Shown in pieces: positions 13,835 to 26,900 of a stretch of 64,000 nucleotides of DNA. Source of the stretch: Selaginella moellendorffii (Eukaryota; Plantae; Lycopodiophyta). The number at the start of each line of letters is the position of its first letter. Positions within the stretch are counted from its first letter, which is position 1. A program made the translations under genes and the position numbers. Location: the NCBI RefSeq assembly GCF_000143415.4, contig NW_003314266.1, positions 2,622,414-2,686,413 on the forward strand, in the 5' to 3' direction. The notes under the pieces are model-generated. The model ran no database searches, was not told where the DNA came from, and saw only the letters and a program-made list of their open reading frames with translations.

Positions 13835-14105
13835 CCATGACCTTGGGGGCATCCCTCACACTTGGCAGTGCACCCAAGCTAGCCCTTCCAACCAAGGGTC
13901 CATAGCAACTAAGACTAAGTGTCCCTATCTCATTCACCACGTCTTTGGTGCCATTTGCACCAAAGTGTTTAAGTTAGATATGCTAAGTTTTCACACTAAA
14001 TAATTTAACTGTGTATCATGACTTTGGGGCATCCTTGCTTGGTGGTGTACCCAAGCCAGTCTCCTTACTGAGAGTCTATGACCACCAAAAAATGAGTGTC
14101 CTCAT
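13835..14105. repeat. Degenerate tandem duplication, ~180 bp period
   Basis: catgaccttgggggcatccct...cacccaagctagccc (13837) vs catgactttggggcatcctt...tacccaagccagtc (14017). Confidence 0.65.
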
Positions 14106-15767
14106 ATTCCAACCCATCATCATGCCCTAGTGAGTTGGGACTCGAACCCAAACACTAGAAGGTTGGGACTCAAACCCAACCTCCGTATATGCATTTACAG
14201 ACGGCATCACCCAGGATGTCTGGCATGACTTCTGTTGTGCCACTCTAATTTTACGTGCTCTATAAACCATTTACACTTGGTTTTCTAGATACTTATTTAC
14301 TTAGCATTGTTTTTGGGAACTTTCAAGGAACTCTATTCCTTAGCTTGCTAAAGCCTCTCTTTTTTGCAAGCTTACCATATGGTCTAATATGGATATTTTA
14401 TATTTTAGACTCTCCATGACATCACAATTGTTAATAACAATCTGTTCGAACCCCCACTTGATTCTTCACTCCCAACTTACATAATTACTCTTGGTTATAG
14501 TCTTGGAATCCTATGGTTTAGTTTTATCCCTTTATTACTTGTTTTTTGGCCTTATATGTTTCTTTCAGTTATTCTCCTCCAGACTAGGAGGATAGCTTTG
14601 CACTTTCTACCATGCATTAGCAAATATTCATAGGGATGAACTTACTCGATAGCCTAGGGAGTGGTTTCTCAATCTGGGTATGCTCACTTTGTAATCCCAC
14701 ACACTGAGATTAACGTTGCTACTTATATGCCTTTATATGCCCATCACTAGTTTTGCCAAAATCCCTTTTTGGCTTTGTCCAATTTAGGTAGATGGACTTC
14801 TCCTGTCTTCACAACTTTGGACGTTTGGATAACACCTCCTATCTATCATTCGTAAGGGATTTAATCCTTTGGGCTTTATTTAATGCCCTTATGACACCAA
14901 ACATCACTTCTTGGTGTTTTAGAGTGTTTGGGTGTTCCAATGATAGCCTCCTTTGACAATGAGCATTCCCTTTACGACATTGACTGACATCGCAACATGA
15001 GCAATTTATCCCTTATAAGGGTATATCTAACTTCTTTATCCTAATAAGAAGTCTTGGGTAGTTACTTTCTACCAGTTTAATTAATTATTTTACACCTTTT
15101 GCTTAGTTGCCTCATAATTGTCAAGTTCTACAACTCATTATTAGTGCTTCCACACCTCCATCATTATTTAGGTCACTACACTTTAATTGCATACCTTCCA
15201 ACTTAGGGTATGCCGTTCCCATTTCCATTAGGATTCCTTTTGGAAGGGATTCTCATAAACCCGCCAACTTGACTTTAAGGCTTCACGCCTTGGCACATTT
15301 GGTGTTTCCATACCATCAACTCCACAAGTTTACCGTTATGACACTTTTTACTTGTGTTTAGGTTTTTGCCAAGACCAATATAATTGTTTTTCATGCCAAC
15401 TATCCATTAGCACTGCACCATATAGTTTATGCACAACTTTGTGTCAAAGTTGCTTTCTTTTGGGAACCTTTTTCCTATGACTTTAGTATAACACTTTCTG
15501 CCATCAATGAGATATCCACTATTCTTATATTTAGATTTTATGATCCTCTCCATCCTTCGTGATGTATAACACACCTCAGTCTAAATGCTTCTACCAGTTC
15601 TTTAAGACCATTCTTTGACTCCACTCGAATCATCTAGTTTTTTGGACTTCACTAATCTAACAATCTATAAAGTCTTATTTTTTAGGTCCAAGTTTGTTAG
15701 AATATATTTTTTGGTATTCATGTCCTATCTATAAGAACCATTCTTGTAAGTGTTACTCCAACACTGA

Positions 15768-16043
15768 NNNNNNNNNNNNNNNNNNNNNNNNNNNNNNNNN
15801 NNNNNNNNNNNNNNNNNNNNNNNNNNNNNNNNNNNNNNNNNNNNNNNNNNNNNNNNNNNNNNNNNNNNNNNNNNNNNNNNNNNNNNNNNNNNNNNNNNNN
15901 NNNNNNNNNNNNNNNNNNNNNNNNNNNNNNNNNNNNNNNNNNNNNNNNNNNNNNNNNNNNNNNNNNNNNNNNNNNNNNNNNNNNNNNNNNNNNNNNNNNN
16001 NNNNNNNNNNNNNNNNNNNNNNNNNNNNNNNNNNNNNNNNNNN
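15768..16043. other. Assembly gap (276 N)
   Basis: Run of N. Confidence 1.
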
Positions 16044-16896
16044 TGTCCATGTGATGAGAATACCAACTCATCCTCTAAATACATCCCTACTCCCTTGGGT
16101 TGTTCTAGCATTTATTAAAGGTAGCCCTAGCCACCATTTCAAGGACTTATGTCCTCTTCCGTATTTGACCTCCCATAGTCATTAATTCTAGTCTCAAATT
16201 CATAAGCACCAACCTCAACTATATGAGGATAATCTTATGACTCCTTTATTGATTTGGAATCTCTATCTTTTCTGTGATCCCAACTATAGTTGTTTACCAC
16301 AACTACATTAGCCAATTTGTTGAGTCAAACACTCGTCTAAATCATATCCTCAACTCTCTGAGGAAAACCTTATATTGTTCCCAAGATCCCAAAGTTGTTC
16401 CATTATTGACCCTTTTCTATCCATCACTTTGCTTACAAATTCACACATAAACTGTAGTGGAGAGCTATGTCCTCCTAACTTGCTACTCCTCAATAATAAG
16501 CCCACTCCTCGAACCTTCCAATGCCAATACAAGTGGTGATATACTTGAGCACCAATAAAAGTCGGACTAATGAACAGCTTTGATATCAAATTGTAAGCAA
16601 CTAATTTTTCCATTCTACTTTAGTCATTTAACCACACCTCTGACCGCTTAGAGGAGTCTCATTCACAACCTCCATAAGTCTAATTCAAGACTTAGAGCTT
16701 ACTAGCTTTGAGAATAGCATCCATGCCACTCAACCTTTGCACTTGGTCCAAGTGCTTCACATGTTCGATCCCATGACCGACACCCCAAGGTACCATTGAC
16801 ATATCAGCCCATTATGCTAAGGCCATGCCTATTCACCTTAGTCACCCCGGTGGTCCAACACCACCTATATCACAGTCCTGTCTCTCAAAAACTGGG

Positions 16897-17215
16897 TCAT
16901 CCATCCATGAGTGATCATCCTAAATCCACTCCTTAGCATCCTTAGGATGCCCGCAAACATGGGGAACAATCTTCCCCAATATCCCGTTTACAATTCCCAC
17001 TAAGTCCTTTTTTCTGTCCATGGCCGAGTTCACCAACTCTACCACTGGGACAAGGCCATCTGTCCATAAGTGATCATCTTAGATCCACTCCTTAGCATCC
17101 TTAAAATGCCGGCAGAAATGGGGAACAATCTTCCCCAATATCCCTTTTACAGTCTTCACCAAGTCTCTTTTTCTGTCCATGGCCATGTTCCCCAACATTG
17201 CCACTAGGACAAGGC
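16897..17215. repeat. Tandem duplication, 2 x ~159 bp
   Basis: gtgatcatc...atccactccttagcatcctta...ggggaacaatcttccccaatatccc...ctgtccatggcc...gacaaggc occurs twice in tandem. Confidence 0.9.
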
Positions 17216-17787
17216 TCACAGGCCTAACCACTAAGTCTCACTATCCTCTGGGATTTCCTCACCACATGACTGTATCCTTGGTTATTACACTAGAGAATCA
17301 CCACTTTTTTTTTCCATAGTCTAGGACTTTGGGACAACATTTCGGAACACTGTGGTTCTACACAAGTCTCATGGGTACTACTCTCCCCACCTTTCACCTT
17401 TGGGTGCTCTAACTATGGGCTTAGAGCAAGGTTCCATTGAGCCATGCCAGGTATCCAAGTAGGTAGTGCCACCCACGCTTGGATTGGAAGCATTGACCAT
17501 TCGATTTCCGGGGGAAACTAGAGCCAGCTCTTGAACACTTCACCAAGCTACCCCGTTTATCGGTCTATATTCACTCTAGCCTTGGACTTCCTAGTGGTTA
17601 TCTCATCACCCAACTTAGGTATAGCCTTTCTGGGCCAAACTAGCTTTTCCTAGCCAAACTGGCTTCACTAGGATCCAACCCCCACACTCTCCCTACTATA
17701 CTTTTGGAACCCTCTGCAGGCCCTCCCTTCTCTCCCCCCCTTGGGGGATGATTGCTTTGGGCTTTCACCCAACAATCTGTATTAGTA

Positions 17788-17937
17788 TTCAGACTCGATC
17801 TCGAACTTAGTCTTGGACTCGGTCTCAGACTCAGTCTCGAACTCCGTCTCGGACTTGATCTCAGAGTCAGTCTCGGACTCGATCTCAGATTCGGTCTCGA
17901 ACTCAATCTTAGAGTTGGTCTTGGACTTAGTCTCATC
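17788..17937. repeat. Minisatellite with 6/12-bp period (CTCRGA/CTCRRT-type units)
   Basis: ctcggactcgatctcagactcagt-like units; explains the spurious LRLSLELRL and ETESEIESE ORFs. Confidence 0.9.
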
Positions 17938-18659
17938 AGATGAACTCTTTATTATTTTGGTCATGTTGTCGAGGATCCTTTAGCCTTCGACACCATGGGG
18001 AGTTAGTTCCTTACACAAGGTAGAGACTCTTGATTGTATAATATGAATATGAGTAATGAGTTAACACTTCCTTGCAAATCATCTTTCCAAGAAAAGAAAA
18101 TGATTTACATCTTTAATCTTTTGTCCTTAAGGACTTTTTTTTCAGTCTTATCTCTAACCAAACCTCAAGCTTATGTTTGCACTCCCTTCAGTCCAATCCA
18201 AGAAAAGTTTATAGAAAAGCACAGCAATGACTACTTGAACCAATAGACTAATCCCTACACTCTTGATTGATTCACTTATAATCATGCCTAGGAAGGATCC
18301 ACTAGTGCCATGCTAAATAGTTACAGACTAGCATATTTGCCACTCATAGCAAACCTAGAGAAGGTTTATTTTCACCTATGGTACATGGAACCATTGATAC
18401 TCAAAGTGTAACCTTGAGTTGTTAATGTGCCTTACTTATGAGTCAAAGTGCAAACTTCTACAAATAAAACATCTTAATCCATCTTATGAGCCCAAGAGCA
18501 AGCTCATATAATATGGTACAAAAAGGTAATTAAATCTGTACCTAAGGAATAAATGCAAAGTCTTAGCACCCAAACATGTACCCACTCAGATCATCATTTT
18601 CATTTCTACGTATGCAATAAGACTATTGGCCCAATCTCATTGCATAATACTCGCCCAAA

Positions 18660-19260
18660 TGTAGCGCACATGGTTTTCACCTTTTATCCTATAGTGATTT
18701 ACCATAGGAAAATAACCTTTTATGTGCCATGTGTCATATGCCACGTGCCACATGCCATCTAAGGATAGTGAAGCAAAACTCAAGTTTTAGGGCCTTGTGC
18801 CATTGAACAAAGAAACGAAGCCAAACTCCTAAGTATGGAGCCAAAAAGCGAATGTATTGGAGCATGGAGCGAATCTCAAGTGTATAGCCCAAGGAGCGGA
18901 GGGACAAGAGCATGAAGTGACTTAGAACAATACTAAAGCATCTAGCATCCTAATGCCAGGACAAATACACAAAACGGAGCCAAATGAAGTTTGGCACTAT
19001 TTCAGCATACCAATGGCCTAATGCAAGGATATAAGTACTCCACTTGCTAGTATGGTGTGGAACTTGGGCTTAGACCCAAGCTGGATACAGAACAAGGATA
19101 GGCATGCAAGCAAAAACTAAACTATACCTCAAGTTAGTTGGCCATACCCACTATCCTTATTATTCATTTGAAACCCCCCACAACCCCCATATCCCCCCCC
19201 CCTTGAGGAACACACACTTTGGGCTTTCACCCTTAACCATACCAGGAGTTAGTCTCTAGG
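18660..19260. mobile_element. LTR-like dispersed repeat (family 2), copy 2
   Basis: Starts TGTAGCGC; colinear with 11533-12060; ctttgggctttcaccc also shared with 17755-17770. Confidence 0.65.
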
Positions 19261-21255
19261 ACTAACTCAAAATTTATTAAATATGGAATGGTGAATTTGG
19301 ATATGGGACATACCATTGTGTTCAAAACAAACTTTACATTCTTTAGATATGCCAAATTAGTAAATCTAGACACTTTCTATAAATAACAATTGCAACCAAA
19401 CAGAATTAACACAAGGTGTATGATAGCGAGGGTATTTGGCAAATATGGTAAGCTATTATTGATACCCACAATCACATTTGCGACATTAATGATAGAGTTA
19501 CCCCTTAAAAAATGGGGGAAGATGTTAAGAGTCATTCTCTATATGACAAATACAAAAGTGATATAAGGTAGGGATGCACAAAATTAAGCCAAGTTATTAT
19601 TTTGGATTTTCATTTTTCTTATATATATTCCTTTTCTCTTTAAGGAATGTTTGGTGATCTACAAAATGATATAGGATTGTAGTAGCTATCTTTGCCACCA
19701 CTTAGGATGATATATCAATTGCATTCTATATATTTCCATCTATTCCTCCTTTTATGTCCATTGTAATCTTAGACCCTTAGTCATAAATTGCACTTGTTTC
19801 CTTTTGAAAGGCTCTATTCCTTAACCATCCTTTGTGGCCATTTGTGGCATTTACAGATTTTTAAAATGACCCTTGTCAATCCCTATGGGGAAATTGCTTG
19901 ATATTAAAAGAACTCTCTCCAAATGCTTTCTATTATAATATCACAAACACTAGGAATAAACTTATATATATAATGTGTGCTCTTCATAGTGCCTTCTCAT
20001 ACTTCAGCCAAAGACTATCAAAGTCACTTGCATGGATGCAAGTCTTAATATAACAAGCCACAATTCATGCATACATGGGGACCAAGGTTATAACTCCAAA
20101 GCATATACAAAAGAAAACAAACAAATGCCCAATCAATCATGCCTTACCATTCACTTAGTCACTACTGCAAGCATACTAATAGGTTCCTAAGAACAAGAGT
20201 GAAGTCATTAGCCTGGAAGAGTTGAGGATGAGTGCTCCTTTTTGGTTAAAGGTGGCAACATGCAGAAGGAATCTGGAATATTGGTTTTATAGTCATTTTG
20301 TTCTTCACCCTTGTTACTCTTTATTATGTATTGTTTTTCTTCATTAGGCTTCTTTCTATAAGAATTCTCTATAACTTGGCCTTAATATCACTAGTATCTC
20401 TTTAATGGCAAGCTGGCTTGATTAAATCTCATTTTGGATTGTGTTTGGCACAGTCTTTAAGAGTGGGAGTGTTTTTGAGCACCTGTTTAGTGATAATGCA
20501 TAGCCTACTCTAATAAATTTTCCTAAATTTCCCTTCTAATCCCTTAGAAAGTCTTAACTAATCCCTTCACCAAATCCTATGTGATTTAGCAACTTGGGGG
20601 AATGATAGCAGAAGTATCTTGATGGACACGGTAAGGTATCACTTAACGATTATTAAGCAACCAAGCTCAATATTATAGGGGTTCATAATACTAGCAAATA
20701 TAAGTTAATATATGAGTTTCTCATCACTGTGTGAAGTATTTAATGACAACTTAGGATCTCACCCTTCCAATCTAAGTATATATATGTTAGCTAGTTTCTC
20801 AATTAACTTGGGCGGAGACTACAAAGGGAGTTAATAATACTAACCTTCTACTATCATTGTAGTAAAGAGAGAGTGTCTATAAGAACTAGTCGATAGATAA
20901 CTTTTGATATCCACAATTACATTCGTGACAAGATCAATGGATCTCAAGCTGAATTCAACACTTTAAAGCCATTTTTTCATAACAAACAAGAGCTCTCCAT
21001 TTTGCCACATGCAGTTAAGCTCCAAATTTTCTCATAAGGCCATATACTTCCACCTCAAGCCTTCACATCATTCTACAATTACATTGCATGGAAAACCAAC
21101 TTGCTTTAGTGGCATCCTAAGTCCTCTCCACAACTCCTTGGGGCCTCCTAAACTTATTCTAACTAAGATGAAGTGATCCTAGTTTGCACTTAACAATATG
21201 GCCTCTTGAACATCAATGGATGTACAATTTTTGCACCAACCATTCCAAATATATA

Positions 21256-21843
21256 TGTAAGCTCCTAAATTTAAACTTCTCAAGAGGTCACTCAATTTAA
21301 TATTATTCAAACCGAAGGACATTTAACCTAACACCCTTAACTGATTGGAAAAGGGAATGCATTTTTATTCATGGGCTCCTTTCCCTCTATATTTAAACCC
21401 CTATGAATCATCTCTCAAGTCATTCTCTTTTGTTGCTTATAATCAACTATGCATTTTTGCAAGTTCATACCCTTGTGAATGAAAGCTGAGAGCCATAGCT
21501 CTCTTGACACCCTACCCCTCAGGTCGAGTCCAGCCGGAGTGTGTAAGCTCCTAAATTTAAACTTTCTGGGAGGTCACTTAACCTAATTTGAAATCTCAGC
21601 ATGTGGTGTGATTCCATTAGCTAACGAACTGATTCTCTTTGATATCAACTATAATCTCTTAAATTTGGACTTCTTAGGATGTCACCCAACCTAGTACTAT
21701 TTAAACCCAAGGATGTTTAACCCCAAGTATTCCAAAACCTTTAACCAATTAGAAAAAGGAGTGCACTTTTATTTATAAGCCCTTTCCCTTTATATTTGAG
21801 CTCTATGGATCATTTCTTGAGTCATTATCTTTGGTTGCTTACA
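21256..21843 (-). mobile_element. TRIM-like non-autonomous LTR retroelement, copy B
   Basis: LTRs at 21256-21441 and 21650-21843; interior homologous to copy A (ttgacaccctacccc...catgtggt.tgattcc) plus an extra LTR fragment near 21542. PBS-like TGATATCAAAG on the minus strand; flanks ATATA/GTATA match 4/5 as a TSD. Confidence 0.75.
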
Positions 21844-21974
21844 GTATAGTAGGGATAGTAGGTCAGATATGGCTGACCAAATTAAGGCATAATTTAGTAT
21901 AAGCAACTAAAGAAAACGATTTAAGAGACGACTTCCCGAGACCTCCCAGGAAGTCCAAACTCATTCCCAATCCA

Positions 21975-22670
21975 AGTGTGAGTGGCACTATTTATTTGGA
22001 TATTTGATGTGGCTCATTGGAACCTTGCTCTAGCCACATTGCTAAGGCATTTAAAGCCAGAAGGTGGAGAGAGTACCCATGAGGCTCACATAGGTCCACG
22101 GTGTTTTGAAATGTCATTCCAAAGTCCTAGATTATAGAAAGGAAAAGGAATAATCCTCTTGTATAGTGACTAAAGATATAGTCATATGGTAAGGAAGTCC
22201 TAAAAATCAGTGGAACTTAGTGGTCAAGCCTTTAGGCCCTAACCCAATGGTGGTGTTAATGAGCACGGCCATGGATGGAAGGGGACTTAGTAAGAACTAA
22301 AGAAAAGACATTGAAGAAGGGTGTTCTATATGTCTCTTAACATTTTAAGGATGCTAAGGTTAGAGATATGGGATTATGGCATAGATGGTCTTAGACTACC
22401 AATGAAACAAGGGTGAATGGACTTAGTGTAACAGGCTAATACACCAATAGTACCTTGGGGGTGTTTGTCATAGGATTGGACACATGGAGCACTGGGACTA
22501 ATTGGAAAGGCTAAGTGGCATAAATGCCATTTACAAGGTTAGTATATCCTGAAGTCAAGAATAAAATTTATATGAAGGTTATGAGTAAGATTCCTTTAAG
22601 TGGTCAAAAAGTATGGTTAAGTGACTAAAGTAGAATGGAAAATTGAGTTGCTTACATTACTAGATACCAA
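21975..22670. repeat. Diverged inverted copy of ~16575-17480
   Basis: gtacccatgagg...ccaaagtcctag and taccttgggggtgtttgtcatagg are reverse-complement matches to ctaggactttggg...ctcatgggtac (17321-17378) and ccatgaccgacaccccaaggta (16771-16792). Confidence 0.75.
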
Positions 22671-25019
22671 GACATTGCCCATATTTTCTCCTCATTACTC
22701 CTTATCCTAATCAAGATACAAATCTCAAGTAATCTACAAAAACTCCTCACAATCTTGGGTTACACAATGTATAGGAAAAACTCAAAACATATCTAGGCCC
22801 ACCCAACTCCTCTTGCCAATTGTAATTTGCACCATACTCCACCCACATTCTACTCTATGGGCTTGCATTATGTAGCTACTTCAATCTCCTACATACCAAG
22901 AGATTGTCATCAAGGGCTTCATGTTCTCTTCCACTAGTGGAGATGTTAGAGCCATGGTCTTCATTACACTCCATGCCACAAATTTGCTTCAATCACTCAA
23001 GGACAGGCATGCAATCCATAAGTGGATCATGGACTTGGAAACCAAGCCAAAGCTGACACACAGTGCTGGCATTGCAACTCTTGCCCACAAGGAGCTCTAT
23101 AATCTGGAGCATCTTGATCATCGACCACATCAGGGTGGAAAAAGCTAGAGGAAGATCTCAGTCCATCTTTTGGGAGGAGCTTGGATTGGTTGATTGCACT
23201 CAACTTCTTTGGGTGTTTAGCCATAGTGGGGCATCATGGTTTAAAGAGAGCCAAGGAAGTTCATTATTTGTGTTAAATATAATAGCTTGAGTTCATGTCA
23301 CAAAGTGTAAATCAATTAAAGGGAGGAGCTTCATTAGGCTGAGCAATTGTATTTATAGAGCATCCTGATAAGTGGGTGCACAAGCTAGGCAAGCTTTTTG
23401 TTTATTTCAAATGTAATGACTTCAGTTTTTCATCAAGGAAGGTAGGATTTCCTTTTGCAAAAGATAGATTTTCTGTTGAAGAGCATATATATTCAAGTTA
23501 AAATAGGAAGCTTGCATTACTAAAGAAAGGAAAATGGTGAAGGCATTTGGTGGAGCACAATAACAAAAACTAAAGGTAGTCTTGCAACAGCTCAAATGCT
23601 TTGTAGAGAAATTGGTGAAGAAAGGTCAAGATAGTTCTTGCTTTAAACCAATACCAAAGAGGTATGTGTGCTCAAGCTTAAATCACTTGGTAATGACCTG
23701 TTTTTTGTTTTGTTTTGTTTTTTTTTGTAGGCTCACAATGACATTCTAGAGAGTCAAAGTAAGTGGTGTCAATATAGATGGACTCATTACTAATACTCTT
23801 GCCTTTGTTGCAATAGTGGCTTAAAAATTTGATGGATATAAGATTAATAATATATATAGATTGAAACATGAGATATCTATAGTTCTAGTTTTAAATGACA
23901 GTTTCTGTATAATAATATAAAAAGAAAATTCATAGAATTCGACCCCAATGGAAATACAGTATATATAGTGATTAAAGCTTAAAATCAATTGATCAACTGT
24001 AAAAACTTTTTTTCTGCAAAAATATCCTATGCTGAAATATCAACTGACTGAGCTGAAATCTCCAATGATATGGCATTGGATTTTCTTATTGTGGCATGCA
24101 AAAGAGCATGACCATGCATGACTATGGCTAAAGAAAACTTTTAATTTTTTTTACATTTACATGTGTTTCTTTAGATTTAATGTGTACCATGAATTACAAA
24201 GCTACCCAACCATATTTTTAATTTCTATGATGATTAATGGGTTTTGCACCATTATGAATTTAATAGTAAAGTGCTATTACACTAGATTTTATAACCTCTA
24301 ATTTATCAGTTTAACTTCATTAAATTAGGCTAATTTTAGTCCTTTCTATTTCTGTTATGAAATTTTTAGGATTAAAATATTTAAGAATATTCTTTAAAGC
24401 ATCTAAATTGATTGCTTGGTGGCCTTTTGAATTCAAAGCATAGATTAGTAGTGGGGCACTCAATCAATTAATTTGCCAAGCAGTAGGGGGCTGTGAAGGA
24501 AGAAAATTCACTAGGGGAACATTTGGAGTGCATTCTCCAGCTGTAAATTAAATTAGTTTATTTAATGGGTATGATTTATAATTAGTTAATTTAATTTTAT
24601 CTGTTGATGTGAAAAAATAACATTAAATTTTAAATTATGCTAAAATTCTCTAATTTAAATTTTTAATATAATTGAATAGTATTTCCAAACAAAATACGTG
24701 TCACTGGAATTGGCTGAGGTGGCAGGCTCTATTATGTCCACGTGTTTTATATTTGTCGTGGTACCTGAAAAGAACACCAACGGGCGAGGTGAAAACACAC
24801 AGGATTCCCTGGAGCATATTCATTTAACCTTGTCACCTCTTTGTGGGCTCCAAGGGTTTTTCCTCTCTCTCTCTCTCTCTTCCCTGGCTTCTTGCGGTGC
24901 TGAGGAGCTTTCCCTGGAGAATCCCAGTCGATCTGCCGCTACAGCCGTGTTGCACACCCAAATTCTGGGTATGAGCATTGGTTTCGGTGGGATTCAGTGG
25001 CCGGATTGAGCAGCCAGCT

Positions 25020-26115
25020 ATGGCGATCGCCTTGGGGCGTCACCGATTTCCCATGCTGGCCACGCAGCCGCGGATATTTCACAGATCGGCGGCCAAAAGA
25101 TTGGCTGCCAGCGGTCTCTGGGGCCAGCGGCCGCGGATCAAGAGGAATTCCGTGAGATCTTCGACGCCGGCGCCCAAAGACGCGATCGGTCATCACGAGA
25201 ATGGGCTCGCATCGATCGATCCAGCTGCTGCTGCCGCCGCGGCTCAGATTGTGAAGCATTACGATCGAAGTAAGCGCCTGGAGGAACGCATCGAAAGGGT
25301 AAGAAAGATATTTAGGAACTCTAGTTTTCATTGGTAGTTTTGTTTATCTCTCTTTTGGAATTTTTTTCAGGCAATTTTTGATTGCAGATTCCTCACACTG
25401 TTCGGAGTGATTGGTTCTTTAGCAGGCTCATTGCTGTGTTTTGTCAAGGTAAATCATATCTTACTCTTCCATCGGCAATTTTTTCTTAGTTTTGGTTCCT
25501 ATGCTCAAAACTTTTGCTTGGTTTTGCTTTGTGACAGGGTTCTTTGTTCGTGTTGAGGTCGTTTATAGAGTATTTCAATGCAATCTGGCAAGGAGTTGAC
25601 ACCGAAGTTATACTTTTGCTGGTGGAAGCTGTAGGTACGATGGAGATCTAAAATCTAGATTGAGATCAAACAGTGCTCAACTTAATTTTGATCTTTGCAG
25701 ACATTTATCTCATGGGGACTGTGATGCTCATCTTCGGGATGGGCTTGTACGAGTTGTTTGTGAGCACGCTCGACATTCCAGAAGAGAACCTCCCGGCTGG
25801 AGTCCCCAGAACTACTGTTTGCGGCTCCAACTTGTTTGGGCTTTTCAGGCTCCAGGTGACTTTGCTAAAACCTCTCGTTTCGAAAGTTTGTGAATCATAT
25901 CTTTCACTCAGGAGCGCCCGAAGTGGCTGGAAATTCGTTCCCTGGACGAGCTCAAGACGAAACTGGGACATGTTATCGTCATGATCCTTCTGGTTGGCAT
26001 GTTTGACAAGAGCAAGAAGATCGTCATCCACACAGCCTTGGATCTCGTGTGTCTCTCGGCCTCCATTCTTTTCTCATCGGGCTGCCTCTTCCTCCTCTCT
26101 AAATTGCACAAGTAA
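25020..26115 (+). CDS. UPF0114 (YqhA-like) membrane protein, probably organelle-targeted; multi-exon
   Basis: Spliced: LEERIERAIFDCRFLTLFGVIGSLAGSLLCFVKG...LVEAVDIYLMGTVMLIFGMGLYELFVS...GSNLFGLFRLQERPKWLEIRSLDELKTKLGHVIVMILLVGMF. Confidence 0.88.
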
Positions 26116-26230
26116 TAGGAGTGCGATCTACAAACCATTGTTTATCACCACAAACGTTGGTTAAATATACTTAAGAGCACTTTCTATTTGACCTAGTTTT
26201 TTCGCGCCTAGTTTTGAATTTAGGGATGGG

Positions 26231-26900
26231 ATGGAGCGATGGATGGAGCTGCTAGGATTGCTCCGGCGGGATGGCGGCGTGCGCCTAGCGGTGGATTGGG
26301 TCGATTCGGGGCATTCTTCGCAGCTTTGGATGCTGATCCCCGATCTTCTGGCGCGGGAGGTTGCGCTTCTGGACGGCATCCAGGCTCGCAAGTAGGGTTT
26401 TGTGTTTTCTGGATTTGTGGGTGAATTTTCTGTCATGGTTGCAGCTGCCTGTGGATTGAAACACTGCCTAGCGCGATGCAAGCTGATGTGTTGACCTTTG
26501 TTTACCTGCGATCCAATCGCTTTCGGCCCAACGATTTGCTGCTGCTTTCTAAGCGTCTGCTGGAGTGCGGTGAGAACTTGGATTTTTGGGTGCGACGAGC
26601 AGCACAGACTCTTCTCGAAAAATGCTCGCAGTCGTCGAATTCTAAAGGTGAGCTAGCAATCATTCCTTGATCTGACTTTTCCTTTTTAAACCAGAAGCAT
26701 CAGACTTCGACGAGATTCCGGACTTTCTAAAGAAGCATATGGAACCTGAAAGCCACGAAGCAATGCTCAAAGAAGACGCGCAACAAGAATTCAATCCAGA
26801 AGACGAGGAGGACTACTGGAACTTAAAGCTATCAGATGATACCACTCCTGATCACGACTTGGAAAAAGAGGAAGACAGCATCAGGAATCGATCTAGCTGA
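26231..26900 (+). CDS. FANCE: Truncated Fanconi anemia group E (FANCE)-like gene, N-terminal ~189 aa only; exons 26231-26391, 26445-26647, 26695-26900; possible pseudogene
   Basis: Spliced: MERWMELL...WIETLPSAMQADVLTFV...RFRPNDL...LDFWVRRAAQTLL...FDEIPDFL resembles the plant FANCE N-terminus as I recall it. In-frame GT-AG introns; no C-terminal FANCE domain downstream. Confidence 0.6.

Larger units (their letters stand above)
12060..18020. mobile_element. Heavily degenerate retroelement-like interior, no intact ORF
   Basis: No long ORFs; lies between LTR-like repeats; contains internal tandem duplications; part is repeated in inverted orientation at ~22 kb; ends with an LTR-3'-like ...gagttagttccttaca near 18014. 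No RT or integrase motif identified with confidence. Confidence 0.4.

Noticed and set aside
16897-17215. Possible CRISPR-like array
   Set aside because: Two long tandem units with no unique spacers, in eukaryotic DNA with no cas genes
17640-17964. Three overlapping ORFs with periodic peptides (LRSSPR, LELRLG, ETESEI)
   Set aside because: Artifacts of the 6/12-bp minisatellite
22921-23290. Short ORFs faintly like a Ulp1-type protease remnant
   Set aside because: No catalytic His-Trp/Asp/Cys motif can be shown
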